NCBI GenBank assembly: GCA_965220965.1
Contig: CBDCRI010000001.1
Location: forward strand, 256,001-320,000
Direction of reading: 5' to 3'
DNA length: 64,000 bases
From: Candidatus Marinacidobacterium sp.
GTDB lineage: Bacteria > Acidobacteriota > Vicinamibacteria > Marinacidobacterales > Marinacidobacteraceae
Positions within the stretch are counted from its first letter, which is position 1; each line of letters opens with the position of its first letter. The notes below the pieces were generated by a model, which was not told the DNA's origin, did not search any database, and saw nothing but the letters and a program-made list of their open reading frames with translations. The position numbers and the translations under genes were made by a program. This document shows, one piece after another, positions 48,205 through 58,466 of this stretch.

Positions 48205-48605
48205 CCGTCGGCGCATCGCCTAGACGCACGCGCAGGCTTGTGGCCGAACTGTCCAACGGACTGACCGCCCCCCCCTCCCGCATCCCAAGCGCATTGGCCA
48301 TGCGAATTCGAGATGGCCTTGAGTTGGACAGGCCTGAGTCAAAGGGAGTGTGCGGGTTGTTGAAGACCGCTCGGGACAGCGCTATCATGCCGTCATCCGG
48401 ACGCGGCCTCATTGAAGCCAAGGCAAAGCCATCTGATCCGCACCTTCCGCGTTCGGCAGCCAGCTCCGCCGCTGGATGCGGCCAGCCACCTTGCTATGGC
48501 GGCGCTGGCGCCCTTCCCTTCCTTGTTTCGCGCGGATGCCCTCTGGCCCCAAACGCGGCCCCGGCTGAAGCCGAGCCGGGAGCGCCCCCAAGTCGGCCTC
48601 GCGCG

Positions 48606-49448
48606 CTAAAACCGCAAACCCACCGATGACCTGGCGCGGCGCATGCGATCCATTCGCTTGGTCTCGACGTCCCGCACCCGGCGCCATTCCCGGGTTCCTA
48701 TCAATTGGGCTGCGCGGTCCCACCGGGCATCGCGGCCGCGGGTCCGCTCCTCGACGATCAACGTGTTGCCGATGCCCGGCATGGACGCGTTCAGCTTGTC
48801 GCCAAATCGAATCAACAATTCGCGTTCCTCATGCGGAGCCATCCGCGTGTTCGGCATGACCATGTTGACGGCGCATTGATGCAGGAACGGCTCGTCGGGA
48901 AACCGCCTCCCGTGCCGGGCCATCAATTGCGCGACGCCTGGCGCGGGCTCCAGCATGAATGGCGAATTGCGCACGCCAGAACGGACAGCCCAATCATTGA
49001 GCACATGGTGAAACATCGTGCCGCAGTTGTTGGTCATCAAGCCTTCCGCGCCGCCGGCCAGAGCATCCGCGACGATCAGCATGTCGTTGACGGCGCCCGC
49101 GTCCGTCCTTGCCTTGAAAGCCTCGGTCGGCAAGCGGTCGATCCATTGCTCCCGATCGCTTTCGGTCTTGGCTGCGCAAACGTCGAAGACGCCCGATGGG
49201 CCAAGAAAGTCAGTGTCGAGCCAATCCGTGACTCTTTCCCGCACCATGTCGCCATAGTCGTCGGACCACTCGGATGTGCGTTCGCGGATGAACTGGCGCT
49301 CTGAGTAAGCCACCAGCCTGAGCATTTCGGTGCGAACCGCAGGGGTGATGGCCAGGCGTTCGCCGGTTGCCGCGCTCAAACCCATCAGAAAGCGCCGCGG
49401 GGCCGCACAAGCGACCAAACTGCAGTCGATCACGCAGAGGGACGCCAT
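48606..49448 (-). CDS. PIN-like domain protein (putative toxin)
   Basis: VID, V..E, D..IVADA....A..LMT.N acidic-residue pattern. Confidence 0.55.
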   Translation of the reverse strand: MASLCVIDCSLVACAAPRRFLMGLSAATGERLAITPAVRTEMLRLVAYSERQFIRERTSEWSDDYGDMVRERVTDWLDTDFLGPSGVFDVCAAKTESDREQWIDRLPTEAFKARTDAGAVNDMLIVADALAGGAEGLMTNNCGTMFHHVLNDWAVRSGVRNSPFMLEPAPGVAQLMARHGRRFPDEPFLHQCAVNMVMPNTRMAPHEERELLIRFGDKLNASMPGIGNTLIVEERTRGRDARWDRAAQLIGTREWRRVRDVETKRMDRMRRARSSVGLRF

Positions 49449-49675
49449 CGCTGCGCGAAACCGGGCGACCGGCCCACTCGCCTGCGGTCGATTTCGGCAA
49501 GGGTTTCAGGCATGTTTTCGCGATCGGCGAGCCATTCGGAAACTTGTTCGCCGGTCCATCCGAAACGGTTGGCAAGGCGTTCGGCCAAGCGGCCTGCAAG
49601 CCCGCCCTCAACGGCCCGAACCGCGTTCAGTCGGAGACCCTGCGCTTGCAGGGCGTCTTGGCCAGATGCGTTCAT
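49430..49675 (-). CDS. small protein upstream of PIN-like gene (putative antitoxin)
   Basis: overlaps PIN-like start; helical/HTH-like. Confidence 0.45.
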   Translation of the reverse strand: MNASGQDALQAQGLRLNAVRAVEGGLAGRLAERLANRFGWTGEQVSEWLADRENMPETLAEIDRRRVGRSPGFAQRWRPSA

Positions 49676-49828
49676 GGCGGCAGCTTGTGCCCCCATGCCC
49701 GCACTGTCAACTTCCGCTAGGGGGTGCCTGGAGCCACAACTGGGTCCGATCCAAGCTTCAAGGCGCCCTTCTCAAGCGCGGGGTCAAGGCGGGCGTCCGC
49801 CAGGCCGGGGCGTCCGCAGGACCGCGCC

Positions 49829-50695
49829 TCAGCGCAGGCCCGCGTCCTCCAAGGCGGCGCGCACGTCCGCCAGACGCCGGGCCTCCGCCGCACGCGCCCT
49901 GCCGGGCAGCGCGGCGCGCACCATTGCGAAGGTCGCCGCGGGGTCGCGGTCGGCCTGAAGCTCCTGAAGGACGCGCCGGCCCATGTAGTCCAGCCCGGCC
50001 TCCCTGAGCTGCGCGGCGTTCCGCTCGATGATGCGCAGGTCGTCCTCGGAGGGCGCCTCGGGCAGGAACGCGCCGAGCATCCAGTGGTAGAGCGCCTGGT
50101 CGCCCGCCGACTCCTCAAGCCTCTGGTGGGCGAGCCCGTTGGCCTGCACGAGCCGCCTTCGATCCGTCCAGCCGTTGTCCCTGAGCCAGTTGTTGAGGCG
50201 CACGTGGCGGATGGTCCGCTCATCCTCCGTGAGGAGCAGCGTGCGCTCCGTGACCGCGGCCTCGGCCACCATGCGCCGGTCCACCTCCTTGCGCGGGCCG
50301 TCCTTGCCCACGAACAGTTCATCGGGCATCGCCAAGTAGAGCTCGAAGGCCGCCAGATCCTCCTCTGCGGAAAGCGGCTGCGTCGCGAACATGCCTCCCG
50401 GCCGGTCGAGCTCGGCCCTGAACCACGCCCGGGCCGCCCGCTCCGCGGCGACCAGCGCGTCCCGTTGCGTGGCCGGGGGAACCTGCGTTCGGCCGAACTC
50501 ACGCCTGAGCCGACGCCTCTCGGAGGCGCCCACGCAACGCTCGAGCTCATCCACGACCGCGTTCAGCACGCGGATGCGTCGGCGTCCGTTGTCCGCCATG
50601 GCCATGTTGACCCGGCGCTGCGGCGGGTCGGCAAGGTTGTTCGAATCGTGGGCGACGCTCGCCAGCTCGGGGGCATCGGGCCACATGCCCGTCAC
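49829..50695 (-). CDS. PIN-like domain protein, paralog of 48606-49448
   Basis: AHDSN, VVDE, DRRMVAEA....LLLTED..T..H..LNNW. Confidence 0.55.
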   Translation of the reverse strand: MTGMWPDAPELASVAHDSNNLADPPQRRVNMAMADNGRRRIRVLNAVVDELERCVGASERRRLRREFGRTQVPPATQRDALVAAERAARAWFRAELDRPGGMFATQPLSAEEDLAAFELYLAMPDELFVGKDGPRKEVDRRMVAEAAVTERTLLLTEDERTIRHVRLNNWLRDNGWTDRRRLVQANGLAHQRLEESAGDQALYHWMLGAFLPEAPSEDDLRIIERNAAQLREAGLDYMGRRVLQELQADRDPAATFAMVRAALPGRARAAEARRLADVRAALEDAGLR

Positions 50696-50907
50696 AGCCT
50701 CCCCGTCTTGGCGTCCTCCCGCGCCCTGAACCGTCGGTCGGCCTCCCAAAGGTAGGCTGCGGACACCGGGCAGGTGGTGCGCACGACGGGGTCGTCATAT
50801 CCCGCCATGACCGTCTCGATGTCGCCCTCGGTCACGCCCAGCGCCCTAAGGAGCGGCGGATAGCCGTCCCGGAGCCGGGCTTCGCTGGCGGATGCCTTGG
50901 GGGTCAT
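50692..50907 (-). CDS. small protein upstream of PIN-like gene (putative antitoxin)
   Basis: GTGA coupling; TACAAT upstream. Confidence 0.45.
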   Translation of the reverse strand: MTPKASASEARLRDGYPPLLRALGVTEGDIETVMAGYDDPVVRTTCPVSAAYLWEADRRFRAREDAKTGRL

Positions 50908-51049
50908 GGGGCGCTTTGGCCTCGCGTCGCGTGGAACGTGGCGTCCATTGTAACAGCCACCGCGCGGCAGCCCACCGTTGGCCCCGGCCCGCGCCGGAAT
51001 TGCTTGAATGCAGGCGCGAACAGCACTTTCAGCCGCCGGAGGCCCCGCC

Positions 51050-51628
51050 ATGAACACCGCCCCACCGCCCATCAGCCTGCTGCGCCTGGTCGAGACGGCC
51101 ATCGGCCACGCCCGCGACCTCGAGGCGGGCGGCAGGCACGTCCCGTCGTACGCCAGCTGGCACGAGCCGCATCGGGACGGCTGCCGCATCAGCCTGGCGG
51201 GCGCGTACGCGGCGGAGGCGCTGTGCGTGCGCCCCGACGAGCCGGGCGGCCCTGAGGACTTCGCGCCGCCGCTGCGACAGCAGGTCCAGGCGATCGGCGC
51301 GGCCGACAGGGGCCACGTGGGAATCGCCTACGGTCGGCTCGGGGAGCTGGCCTGCGGTCCGGACCGCAGGCGCTTGGCGCGGTGCGCGGAGGATTGGCTG
51401 GATGAACTGGAGTCGCCCGCCGTCCGGGGCCGCATCGACGGCTTGAGGTACCACAGCTGGGACCAGTTCCTGCGCCACCTGGACCAGCTGGAGAGGGCTC
51501 TCCTGCCGGCGCTAGGCCGGATCGAGGCGGTGGCCCCGATGCCGGCCTACGCCCTGGACGCGCCGCGGATGACGGCGGACGCAGGCCGGCCCGGGGCGGC
51601 TGCCAAGGCTGGGCCGACCTCCCCGTGA
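51050..51628 (+). CDS. hypothetical protein
   Basis: GGAGG RBS; WH....C...LAG motif. Confidence 0.6.
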   Translation: MNTAPPPISLLRLVETAIGHARDLEAGGRHVPSYASWHEPHRDGCRISLAGAYAAEALCVRPDEPGGPEDFAPPLRQQVQAIGAADRGHVGIAYGRLGELACGPDRRRLARCAEDWLDELESPAVRGRIDGLRYHSWDQFLRHLDQLERALLPALGRIEAVAPMPAYALDAPRMTADAGRPGAAAKAGPTSP

Positions 51629-51827
51629 GGCGCGACGGCGATGGCGCGTGGCTGACCGAAGCGTTGCCTCCCAGCGCCACGCTGCGCTCCGCCTTGGCGC
51701 CGGGCCAGATTGCCCGCCGTGCCAATGCCGATTGAAATTTCCCCAAAATCGCCAAAGTAAAATTCCCCGGCTTTTCGGTTCCGGTCAGGTCGCCGCACTG
51801 ACGTTCCTTCGCTTGGTTGCGGGCGGC

Positions 51828-52232
51828 TCACGGCCCCGGCGCGGGGGGCCTCGGCCCGGCCAACGGACTGGCGGACAGGCCGGGGCTCCCGATGAACCTG
51901 CGCAGGCCCTCCGAGTGGAACGCCCTGATCGCCTCCACGGTGGGCTGGAACCCGCCTAAGCGCAGGGTTTCCCGGATGCGCTTCCAATGCCCGTCCTTGC
52001 GGATGACGTCGAGGAACTCGGCGCCAGCCCACGTCAGGCGCGGCATCCAAACCTCGGCGCTCGTGTATTTCCGCGGCATCGCCTCCCCGTGGATCGAGGT
52101 GATGAAGCCGGCGTCAAGCAGCAGCAAAAGCTGGGCCGACTCCGGCGAGTTGCTCTTCACTTCGAGGGGGCGGCCCGTCCCCGCCTCGACATCCAGAAGC
52201 AGCTTCCTGATCGCGTCCATGTCCCGCTTCAT
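51828..52232 (-). CDS. DUF2513 domain protein
   Basis: MKRDMDAIRKLLL.VE, L.DAGFI, LTWAG.EFLD.IR...W. Confidence 0.85.
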   Translation of the reverse strand: MKRDMDAIRKLLLDVEAGTGRPLEVKSNSPESAQLLLLLDAGFITSIHGEAMPRKYTSAEVWMPRLTWAGAEFLDVIRKDGHWKRIRETLRLGGFQPTVEAIRAFHSEGLRRFIGSPGLSASPLAGPRPPAPGP

Positions 52233-52341
52233 GCGTTTCCCTCCCTTTCGGCCGGCATCGCCGACGTTGCGCAACGCGTCCATTGTAGGGTCCGCAATGG
52301 GCGGCGGCTCTTAAAGGCCGCCCACCGCGCCTGGGCGGACG

Positions 52342-52854
52342 CTAGGGCGACGGCGAGCACTGCTTGGGCGCGGCGGCCCGCTTGACGCGCTCCGCGTGCA
52401 CCCCCTCAATGGCGGCTTGCGTGACCGGAACCTCCTTCGCGGCGAGCTGGCGCTTGATTATCCGCCACTGGCGGGGGTCGCGAATGATGTCGAGGAGCTC
52501 CGCGCCCGCCCACGTGAGGCGGACGCCATCCCAGACTTCGGTTATGGTGCTGTCCGCCTGCAAGGGGCCAATCCTCGGCTCGCCGGCCCGCAGCCGGATG
52601 AGGCCGGCGTCCCGCAGCTGCCAAAGGACGGCGGATCCGTCGGAGCCCCCTTCCGTCGAGACTGCGCCTGGCCCCTTCCCCCCTGCCGCCTCCACCTGCA
52701 GCAGCGCCACGCGCGCCTTGTCCATGGACCGCCTGCCGGGCGGCCCGAACATGCCCGTCGACCACCACCACTCGGACCATTCCGCCGGCTCGCGCCCGGC
52801 GGCCTTCCGCATGGCCTTCCACTCCAAGTACTCGGGATCACGTTCGACTTCCAT
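52342..52854 (-). CDS. DUF2513 domain protein with N-terminal extension
   Basis: MD..R..LL.VE, L.DAGLI, LTWAGAELLDIIR...W. Confidence 0.75.
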   Translation of the reverse strand: MEVERDPEYLEWKAMRKAAGREPAEWSEWWWSTGMFGPPGRRSMDKARVALLQVEAAGGKGPGAVSTEGGSDGSAVLWQLRDAGLIRLRAGEPRIGPLQADSTITEVWDGVRLTWAGAELLDIIRDPRQWRIIKRQLAAKEVPVTQAAIEGVHAERVKRAAAPKQCSPSP

Positions 52855-52961
52855 GCGCTGCGCTCCTGCGGCCGGATTGGGTTGGGTGCGGCCATGCGCC
52901 GCAACGCGCTGGATTATAGTGACGAGCCGCCCGGCGGGGCCGCAGGACGCCTCCGGCGGCC

Positions 52962-54134
52962 CTACCGCCCCGGCGCGGGCGGGGTCCCGGCCCGACGCCG
53001 GGCCGCAGCCTCGCGCACGGCGTCCCTCAGGTTCAACAGCCGCTCGGCGCTGGCCGGGTGCGTGGACGCGTGCTCGATGGCCACCGGGTCGAGCTGGGCG
53101 AATCGCCCCCACACGCGGGGCAGCGCGGCCACGTCCATGCCGGCCTTGGCCATGAAGCGGCTGCCGAGGCGGTCGGCCTCCAGCTCGTAGCGCTGCGCGT
53201 ACGCCAGCCGGCGCGACTCGTCGGCCTCCCACGGGGCGCGAAGGCGCCGGGCCGCCCGCGCCAGCAGCGGCCTGGGGCCGACCGCGGCCGGCCTGCCGAC
53301 CGCGGCGGGACCGCCGACCGGCACGGTCGGCCCGTGGCCGGCGACGTTGTGGGCCAGCTCGTGGGCGAGGATGGCCTGGTGCTCGACGTCGGCGTGCAGG
53401 AACTCCAGCATGCCCTCGGTGACGAGGATGGACCGGCCGTCGGCGAATGCGTTGACTGCGTGGGAGGTCAGCAGCCGGACCGGGTAGTCGCAGGCGCGGA
53501 CCTGCGCCATGCGGATCGGCAGCCCACGGCCGCCGCGCTCGACCGTCAAGGCCAGGCGGCCGTCCTCGCCGCCGGCCCGGACCATGCGCCCGACCCGCGC
53601 CTTGGCGCGGGCGTGGGCGCCGTGGGAGGCCGGCTCGGGCGCGGGCCGGCCCTCGACCTCGAGCAGGCGGTCGCCGACCCGCAGCCCGGCGCGCTCGGCC
53701 GGCGAGCCGGCGGCGACGTGGGCGACCACGAAGCCGGTCCCGTCCATGCCGAGCGCCTCGCGGTGCGCGACGCCCTCGAACAGCGGCATGCTGAAGGACC
53801 GCTCCCACATGGACTCCAGCGTGAACCCGCCGCTCGGGCGCACGCGCGGGCAGGCGTCGGCGTTGGCCGCCAGCAGCCGGAAGGCGTTGTCGCGCAGCCG
53901 CGAGAGCTTCGCCAGCCGGGAGGCCACCAGGGGCCTGGCCTCGGCCAGGCCGCCCTCCGAGCGCTGCAGGCGGTCGAGCGCCAGCCGGTGGGCCGCCCCC
54001 GGATCCGGCTGGCCGAGGGGCAGCGCGCAGCCCTGCAGGAGCATCCCCAGGCAGAGGGCGGCGCAGGCCGAAAGGCCGGTTGCCGAGGAGCGGCGGGCGG
54101 GCGTCGGTGCGGCGGTCCGGACGGGCTTGGGCAT
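52962..54134 (-). CDS. M48 metallopeptidase lipoprotein with PDZ domain
   Basis: lipobox LQGC, GSPAERAGLRVGD, NAFA, HELAH, ELEAD, STHP. Confidence 0.85.
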   Translation of the reverse strand: MPKPVRTAAPTPARRSSATGLSACAALCLGMLLQGCALPLGQPDPGAAHRLALDRLQRSEGGLAEARPLVASRLAKLSRLRDNAFRLLAANADACPRVRPSGGFTLESMWERSFSMPLFEGVAHREALGMDGTGFVVAHVAAGSPAERAGLRVGDRLLEVEGRPAPEPASHGAHARAKARVGRMVRAGGEDGRLALTVERGGRGLPIRMAQVRACDYPVRLLTSHAVNAFADGRSILVTEGMLEFLHADVEHQAILAHELAHNVAGHGPTVPVGGPAAVGRPAAVGPRPLLARAARRLRAPWEADESRRLAYAQRYELEADRLGSRFMAKAGMDVAALPRVWGRFAQLDPVAIEHASTHPASAERLLNLRDAVREAAARRRAGTPPAPGR

Positions 54135-54417
54135 GCAGGGGGTCGCTTGCAGTGGCGGGCGCCTCCGACGCGGCGGGACTTCGAGAGAGGGAAGAACCAG
54201 ACCCATTGTGAATGGCCGCCGCGCCGGAGTGCCCGAGCGGAATTTTGCACAAGGCGGGCGGGCGGCGTCAACGGCCGCGTGTCCGGGGCGCCGCAATGGG
54301 ACGCGCGGCCGCCGCCTCACCAGTTGTTGCGCCGTGTCGACCGCCGCGCAAGCGTGGCGCTTGGCCCGCCGACCCGACTGCTTGGATCAGGGCGCACGGC
54401 GACCGCAAGCTCCTGCC

Positions 54418-55092
54418 CTACGGCAGCTTGGCGGACCGGTTGCGATTCGGGTTGGGGGCCGGACCTGGCTCATGGGACAGACGGACCTTGGCCCTTACCA
54501 TGTCGGCCCAGTGGTGCCCCGTGAAGTAGGTCTTTTGAAGCGCCCCTTCGACGGTTCTGAAAAGCAACGCCGGCATCTCTCCCTCGACGGAATTGTCATA
54601 GACATAGGCTCGATCGACAATCGGGATGGCTCTGGCAAGATTGGTGACGGATTTCCCGTACCTGCTGATTATCTTGCTGATTGGCACGTCGTGCCCGCCT
54701 TCCATCACGCGAGCGGCCACCCGCGTGGCGTTGATCGTCGGCGAATCGGTCCCAACGAAGAACAGCCGGACGAAGAAGCCATGTGAGATCGCCCGCCGAA
54801 CGAAGGCGAGTTTCTCTTCCGTGGAAAACACCGTCTCGAACGCCAGGGACTTGCCGCGTTCCAAGCACGCCTCGCGCCTCCGAGCGGCCTCACGCGCCGC
54901 TTCGAGGATTGCCTTTGGGTCATTCCAGTCTCCGAATGACTGCTGGGCGATCGCATCGGGGTTCACGTATTCGCAGCCTCCCAGCCAGTCGTGAGCCAAG
55001 GCGCGCTCAGTCAGGGTGGTTTTGCCGGCGCCGTTGGGGCCGGCGATCACGATCAGTTTTGGGCGAAGGGCGCTTGCCGATTCAGGAGCCAT
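54418..55092 (-). CDS. zeta-toxin/AAA_33-like P-loop kinase
   Basis: AGPNGAGKTT, NPD, FETVFS, RV..GGHDVP. Confidence 0.85.
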   Translation of the reverse strand: MAPESASALRPKLIVIAGPNGAGKTTLTERALAHDWLGGCEYVNPDAIAQQSFGDWNDPKAILEAAREAARRREACLERGKSLAFETVFSTEEKLAFVRRAISHGFFVRLFFVGTDSPTINATRVAARVMEGGHDVPISKIISRYGKSVTNLARAIPIVDRAYVYDNSVEGEMPALLFRTVEGALQKTYFTGHHWADMVRAKVRLSHEPGPAPNPNRNRSAKLP

Positions 55093-55300
55093 ATCCGAAG
55101 CTGGAGGAAGCGGGGGGACTCACGGATTGCGGGTCATCCAGCATTGCCTCATCGATCGAATCAGCAAGGCTTTGGAAATAGGCGGCTTGCGCCGCGTCGC
55201 CGCGCATGGCGACCACGCGCTGGAAGTCGAGCATGAGAGCTTCGAGCTCCGCATCCGAAGGCTCAGTTTGCGCATCAAGCAAGTTGACTTTTGGAACCAT
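55082..55300 (-). CDS. small acidic partner of the zeta-like kinase
   Basis: overlaps kinase start; EPSDAELEALM. Confidence 0.5.
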   Translation of the reverse strand: MVPKVNLLDAQTEPSDAELEALMLDFQRVVAMRGDAAQAAYFQSLADSIDEAMLDDPQSVSPPASSSFGYGS

Positions 55301-55596
55301 AAGACCCTGCTGGCTTACTCGGAACTGCAGCAATGGTAGCACGCTGCCCGCAAGATGGTCCGAACCGGATTTTTTTCGTGGCATGCGGATGCCCTCCAAG
55401 GGACGGCCTCGCCCACCTCCCCGACACCGCCTGAAGCGCCTCTGCCCGATTGCGCCAGCCCTTGGCCGGCCGATTCGTTCCAGAGCGTCATAAGACCTGA
55501 CGGCGCGGCTCAAGCTCTCTTAAGCCGGCAAGCTCGTGCAACATTCGGGCTAGGCAGCCGCGGGGGCCGCCCAAGGGGCTGCGCCGCGCCGGTCGG

Positions 55597-56580
55597 TCAT
55601 CCGGGGGCGGGGCCGGCCGCCCTCCCCGCCTGCGAAGGCCCGTCCGTCGGCGCGGGCCGCCCCGCCCCGAGGCCATGCAGCGCGGCGGGGTCGTAGCGGT
55701 GCACGGCGGACAGGATGTCGTCGACCAGGCGCGCCTCCCTCCCGGTCGAGGGCAGCGCCTCGGCCAGCGAGCCGTAGTGCATCTCGAGCGCGTCCATCAG
55801 GAGTCCGCGCAGCGCCTCCAGGTCCGGGGAGCGCGGCAGCGCGGTCCTCGCCTTCAGGGCCTCCAGCTCGCGCTCCTTGTCGGCGAACCAGTCCTTGATC
55901 CGCTGCTTGGACCACTCGCCGCGGCGCACCGCCTTGTACAGCTCGCGGTCGCGGTCGAGCACCAGGTCGCCGCCGGCGAGGATCTGCTCGCACTCGCAGG
56001 CCAAGCGCACGATGTGGTAGGCGAACTTGGTGTCGAAACCGTGGGCGTCGATCGCCGCCTGGCGCTGCGGATTGGCCCGCTTGGGCCGGCCGTCGAGCTT
56101 CTTCAGCTGGGCGTAGGCGTAGCCGCGGAACCGGGCGAAGGCGCCTTGGTGAAGGAACAAGCGGCGGTGGTCGCGCACGTGCTCGTAGAGCGCGGTGGAG
56201 TGGCGCACGCAGCGCCGCGGGCAGAACAGCGCGTCCACCATGTTGGGGTTGTTGTCGGCGCACAGGTCGAAGAAGCGCACGAGGGAGTAGATCGTGACAT
56301 CGTACTGCCTGCGCGTCTGCGCAAACTCGACGTGGTGCTGCTGGAACTGGTCGAAGGAGGGCGGCGCCGGACCGAATCCCGGTATGTGCCCGGCGAGGTG
56401 CGGGAAGACCTGATGCTTGGGCGGCATGGCGAACCCGACGATGTCCTCGTCCGAGTTGCCTGGCTCCGCGCAGCCGTAGGCGACCGAGCCGGTGGTCGCC
56501 TCGAACATGACGTTGTGCGGCAGCCAGGGCGGCGGCGTGATCAGCCCCTCCCGGGCCAGCTTTGCGGTGATTGAGGCCAT
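55597..56580 (-). CDS. Pol-beta superfamily nucleotidyltransferase (YcgL/RlaP-like)
   Basis: GS.AYG....SDED..G, NPN....L, DTKFAYH.VRL. Confidence 0.85.
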   Translation of the reverse strand: MASITAKLAREGLITPPPWLPHNVMFEATTGSVAYGCAEPGNSDEDIVGFAMPPKHQVFPHLAGHIPGFGPAPPSFDQFQQHHVEFAQTRRQYDVTIYSLVRFFDLCADNNPNMVDALFCPRRCVRHSTALYEHVRDHRRLFLHQGAFARFRGYAYAQLKKLDGRPKRANPQRQAAIDAHGFDTKFAYHIVRLACECEQILAGGDLVLDRDRELYKAVRRGEWSKQRIKDWFADKERELEALKARTALPRSPDLEALRGLLMDALEMHYGSLAEALPSTGREARLVDDILSAVHRYDPAALHGLGAGRPAPTDGPSQAGRAAGPAPG

Positions 56581-56652
56581 GTCGGACTCCTTCGCTCCGG
56601 TTGCGGGCCGAAGCGCCGCTTTCGTTGCGGTCGGGCTTGGGGCCGTCCGACG

Positions 56653-58182
56653 CTAGCGCGTCGCCTGGGCGCCCACCGCGATCTCGCTGTCGCGGGAGAT
56701 CGCCAAGGCCAGAGCGCTTCCGCCCCCGCCCGGCTCGCCCTCCCGGTCGCCGACGGCGACGAGCAGCTCCACGTTGAGCGCGATGGCCGAGCAGTCCACC
56801 GCCACCGCACCCCGGTACAGGCTGAACGCCGGGTTGACGCCAGCGAGCGTCCCGGACAGGGCGCAGTCGTAGCCGCCCGCGTCGAGGGAGCCGCCCAGCC
56901 GGCCCTGCCCGTCGACCGTGAAGGCCAAGCCCTCAGCGGACCATTGGCCAGCCAGCGCCGCGGCGTCAGCACCGCGGCCGAAGCCGGCGAACGCCCGGCC
57001 GCTGAAAGCCCGGGAGACGCCTGCGATCGAGTACTCGCCCTTGATCCAGTCGCCTTGGCGGTAGGCGGCGCGCAGCTCGAACGGCTCGCTGCCGCCGCTG
57101 ACGCCGAGGCCCGCCACGTTGACGACGCCGGACTCGTAGGCCCTGCCGCTGGCGCTGAGGCTGCCAGCGCCGGAGTCGTAGTCCGCGTCGGCGACGCGCA
57201 CGGTCCCCTCGCCTGGCAGCCAGCCGTAGAGGCGACCGTCCGGGGTGGCGACCAGGTAGCCGTCGTCCCCGCCGGCGGAGGGCAGCCGCCAGACGTTGGC
57301 GGCGCCCGCGTAGTCGGCCTTGGCGGCGGACAGGTTGGACAGGTGGCCGGTGGGCGTGTCCATCAAGCTCATTACGAGGATGGGGCGGTCCGCCGACACG
57401 GCCAAGCGCCACTTCACGGCGCCGTCGCCCAGGCGCCCCTCCAGGCCGTCGCCGCCGTTCTCCAGCTCCGCGGAGGTCACCGCCCGCGCGGCGTTGGCGG
57501 GCAGCGTCAGGGTGACCGGGCCGCCTGCCGACCCGGGCCGCCCCCGGTCGTCACGGCCGGTGACGGCGACCGCCGCCGGCTCATCGGACAGGTTGACCAG
57601 GCGCAGCCAGCTCCGCTGGCGGTAGTTGCTCGCGGGGTTGAAGATCGACACCCGGTGGCGCATGCGGCCTTCGGGGGCCACGGCGGACATGCTGGTGAGG
57701 AAGCCGTCGCGCCGGGTGCGGATGTAGGCCTGCGGCTCGATGTCCTGACGGCTGTGCAGGTGCAGGCGCCAGTTGCCCTCGGCCGGCCCAAGGCCGTCCG
57801 TGAGGCGCTTGCCGGCGTTGCCCTGCTCCATGTCCTCGGAGTTGAGGTGGATGGCCTGCAGGGCGGGCAGCGTCAGCCGCGCCGGTCCGCGCCGCCGGCC
57901 CGCGTCGTCGACGCCGAAGATGCGCACGGCGGCGTCCTCGTCGGAATGGTTGACGACCCGGACGAACCCCTGCTGGTCGAGGTTGGAGGTGGACATGAAC
58001 AGCGGCAGGACGTGCTCGCGCCCGCCCGGCTGGCCGAGCGCTCCCCCGGACAGGGAGAACAGGGCCGCCGTGGCCGCGGTGGCGCAAATCACCGTCACGC
58101 ATCGATGGAACGGCAGGCGCAGTGACGGCCACTTCGCCCGCGGCGGGCTGCTGGGCAAGGCCCCGGCGGAGCGGGAGGTCAT
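56653..58182 (-). CDS. secreted beta-rich protein with duplicated domain
   Basis: signal peptide; QGFVRVVN..DDAG..GNWRL and SWLRLVN..DDRG..KWRL repeats. Confidence 0.75.
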   Translation of the reverse strand: MTSRSAGALPSSPPRAKWPSLRLPFHRCVTVICATAATAALFSLSGGALGQPGGREHVLPLFMSTSNLDQQGFVRVVNHSDEDAAVRIFGVDDAGRRRGPARLTLPALQAIHLNSEDMEQGNAGKRLTDGLGPAEGNWRLHLHSRQDIEPQAYIRTRRDGFLTSMSAVAPEGRMRHRVSIFNPASNYRQRSWLRLVNLSDEPAAVAVTGRDDRGRPGSAGGPVTLTLPANAARAVTSAELENGGDGLEGRLGDGAVKWRLAVSADRPILVMSLMDTPTGHLSNLSAAKADYAGAANVWRLPSAGGDDGYLVATPDGRLYGWLPGEGTVRVADADYDSGAGSLSASGRAYESGVVNVAGLGVSGGSEPFELRAAYRQGDWIKGEYSIAGVSRAFSGRAFAGFGRGADAAALAGQWSAEGLAFTVDGQGRLGGSLDAGGYDCALSGTLAGVNPAFSLYRGAVAVDCSAIALNVELLVAVGDREGEPGGGGSALALAISRDSEIAVGAQATR

Positions 58183-58433
58183 GTCCGTCCCCATCCATTC
58201 AGAACGTCCATTGCGTAGCATAGCGCGTCATCCAGCCACCGCCGGGTGACGCCCGGATCGACCTGCCGCAATTTGTGGAACAGCGGAGCCAAAGGCCCAA
58301 AGTCGGCGATTGGATGAAGCTCGTTGGCCACCACTCTCGCTTGGTGGATTGTCTCGCCGGTGGCGGCGCTGACGAAGTCGAATCCGAGAACCCCCCTTTC
58401 GTCGCGCATCGCCGTCACGTGTATCCTGCTCAT
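58179..58433 (-). CDS. hypothetical protein
   Basis: ATGA coupling to downstream gene. Confidence 0.5.
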   Translation of the reverse strand: MSRIHVTAMRDERGVLGFDFVSAATGETIHQARVVANELHPIADFGPLAPLFHKLRQVDPGVTRRWLDDALCYAMDVLNGWGRT

Positions 58434-58466
58434 GCCCGGTCTGCCAACGGGAAGGCGCCGGCCGCC

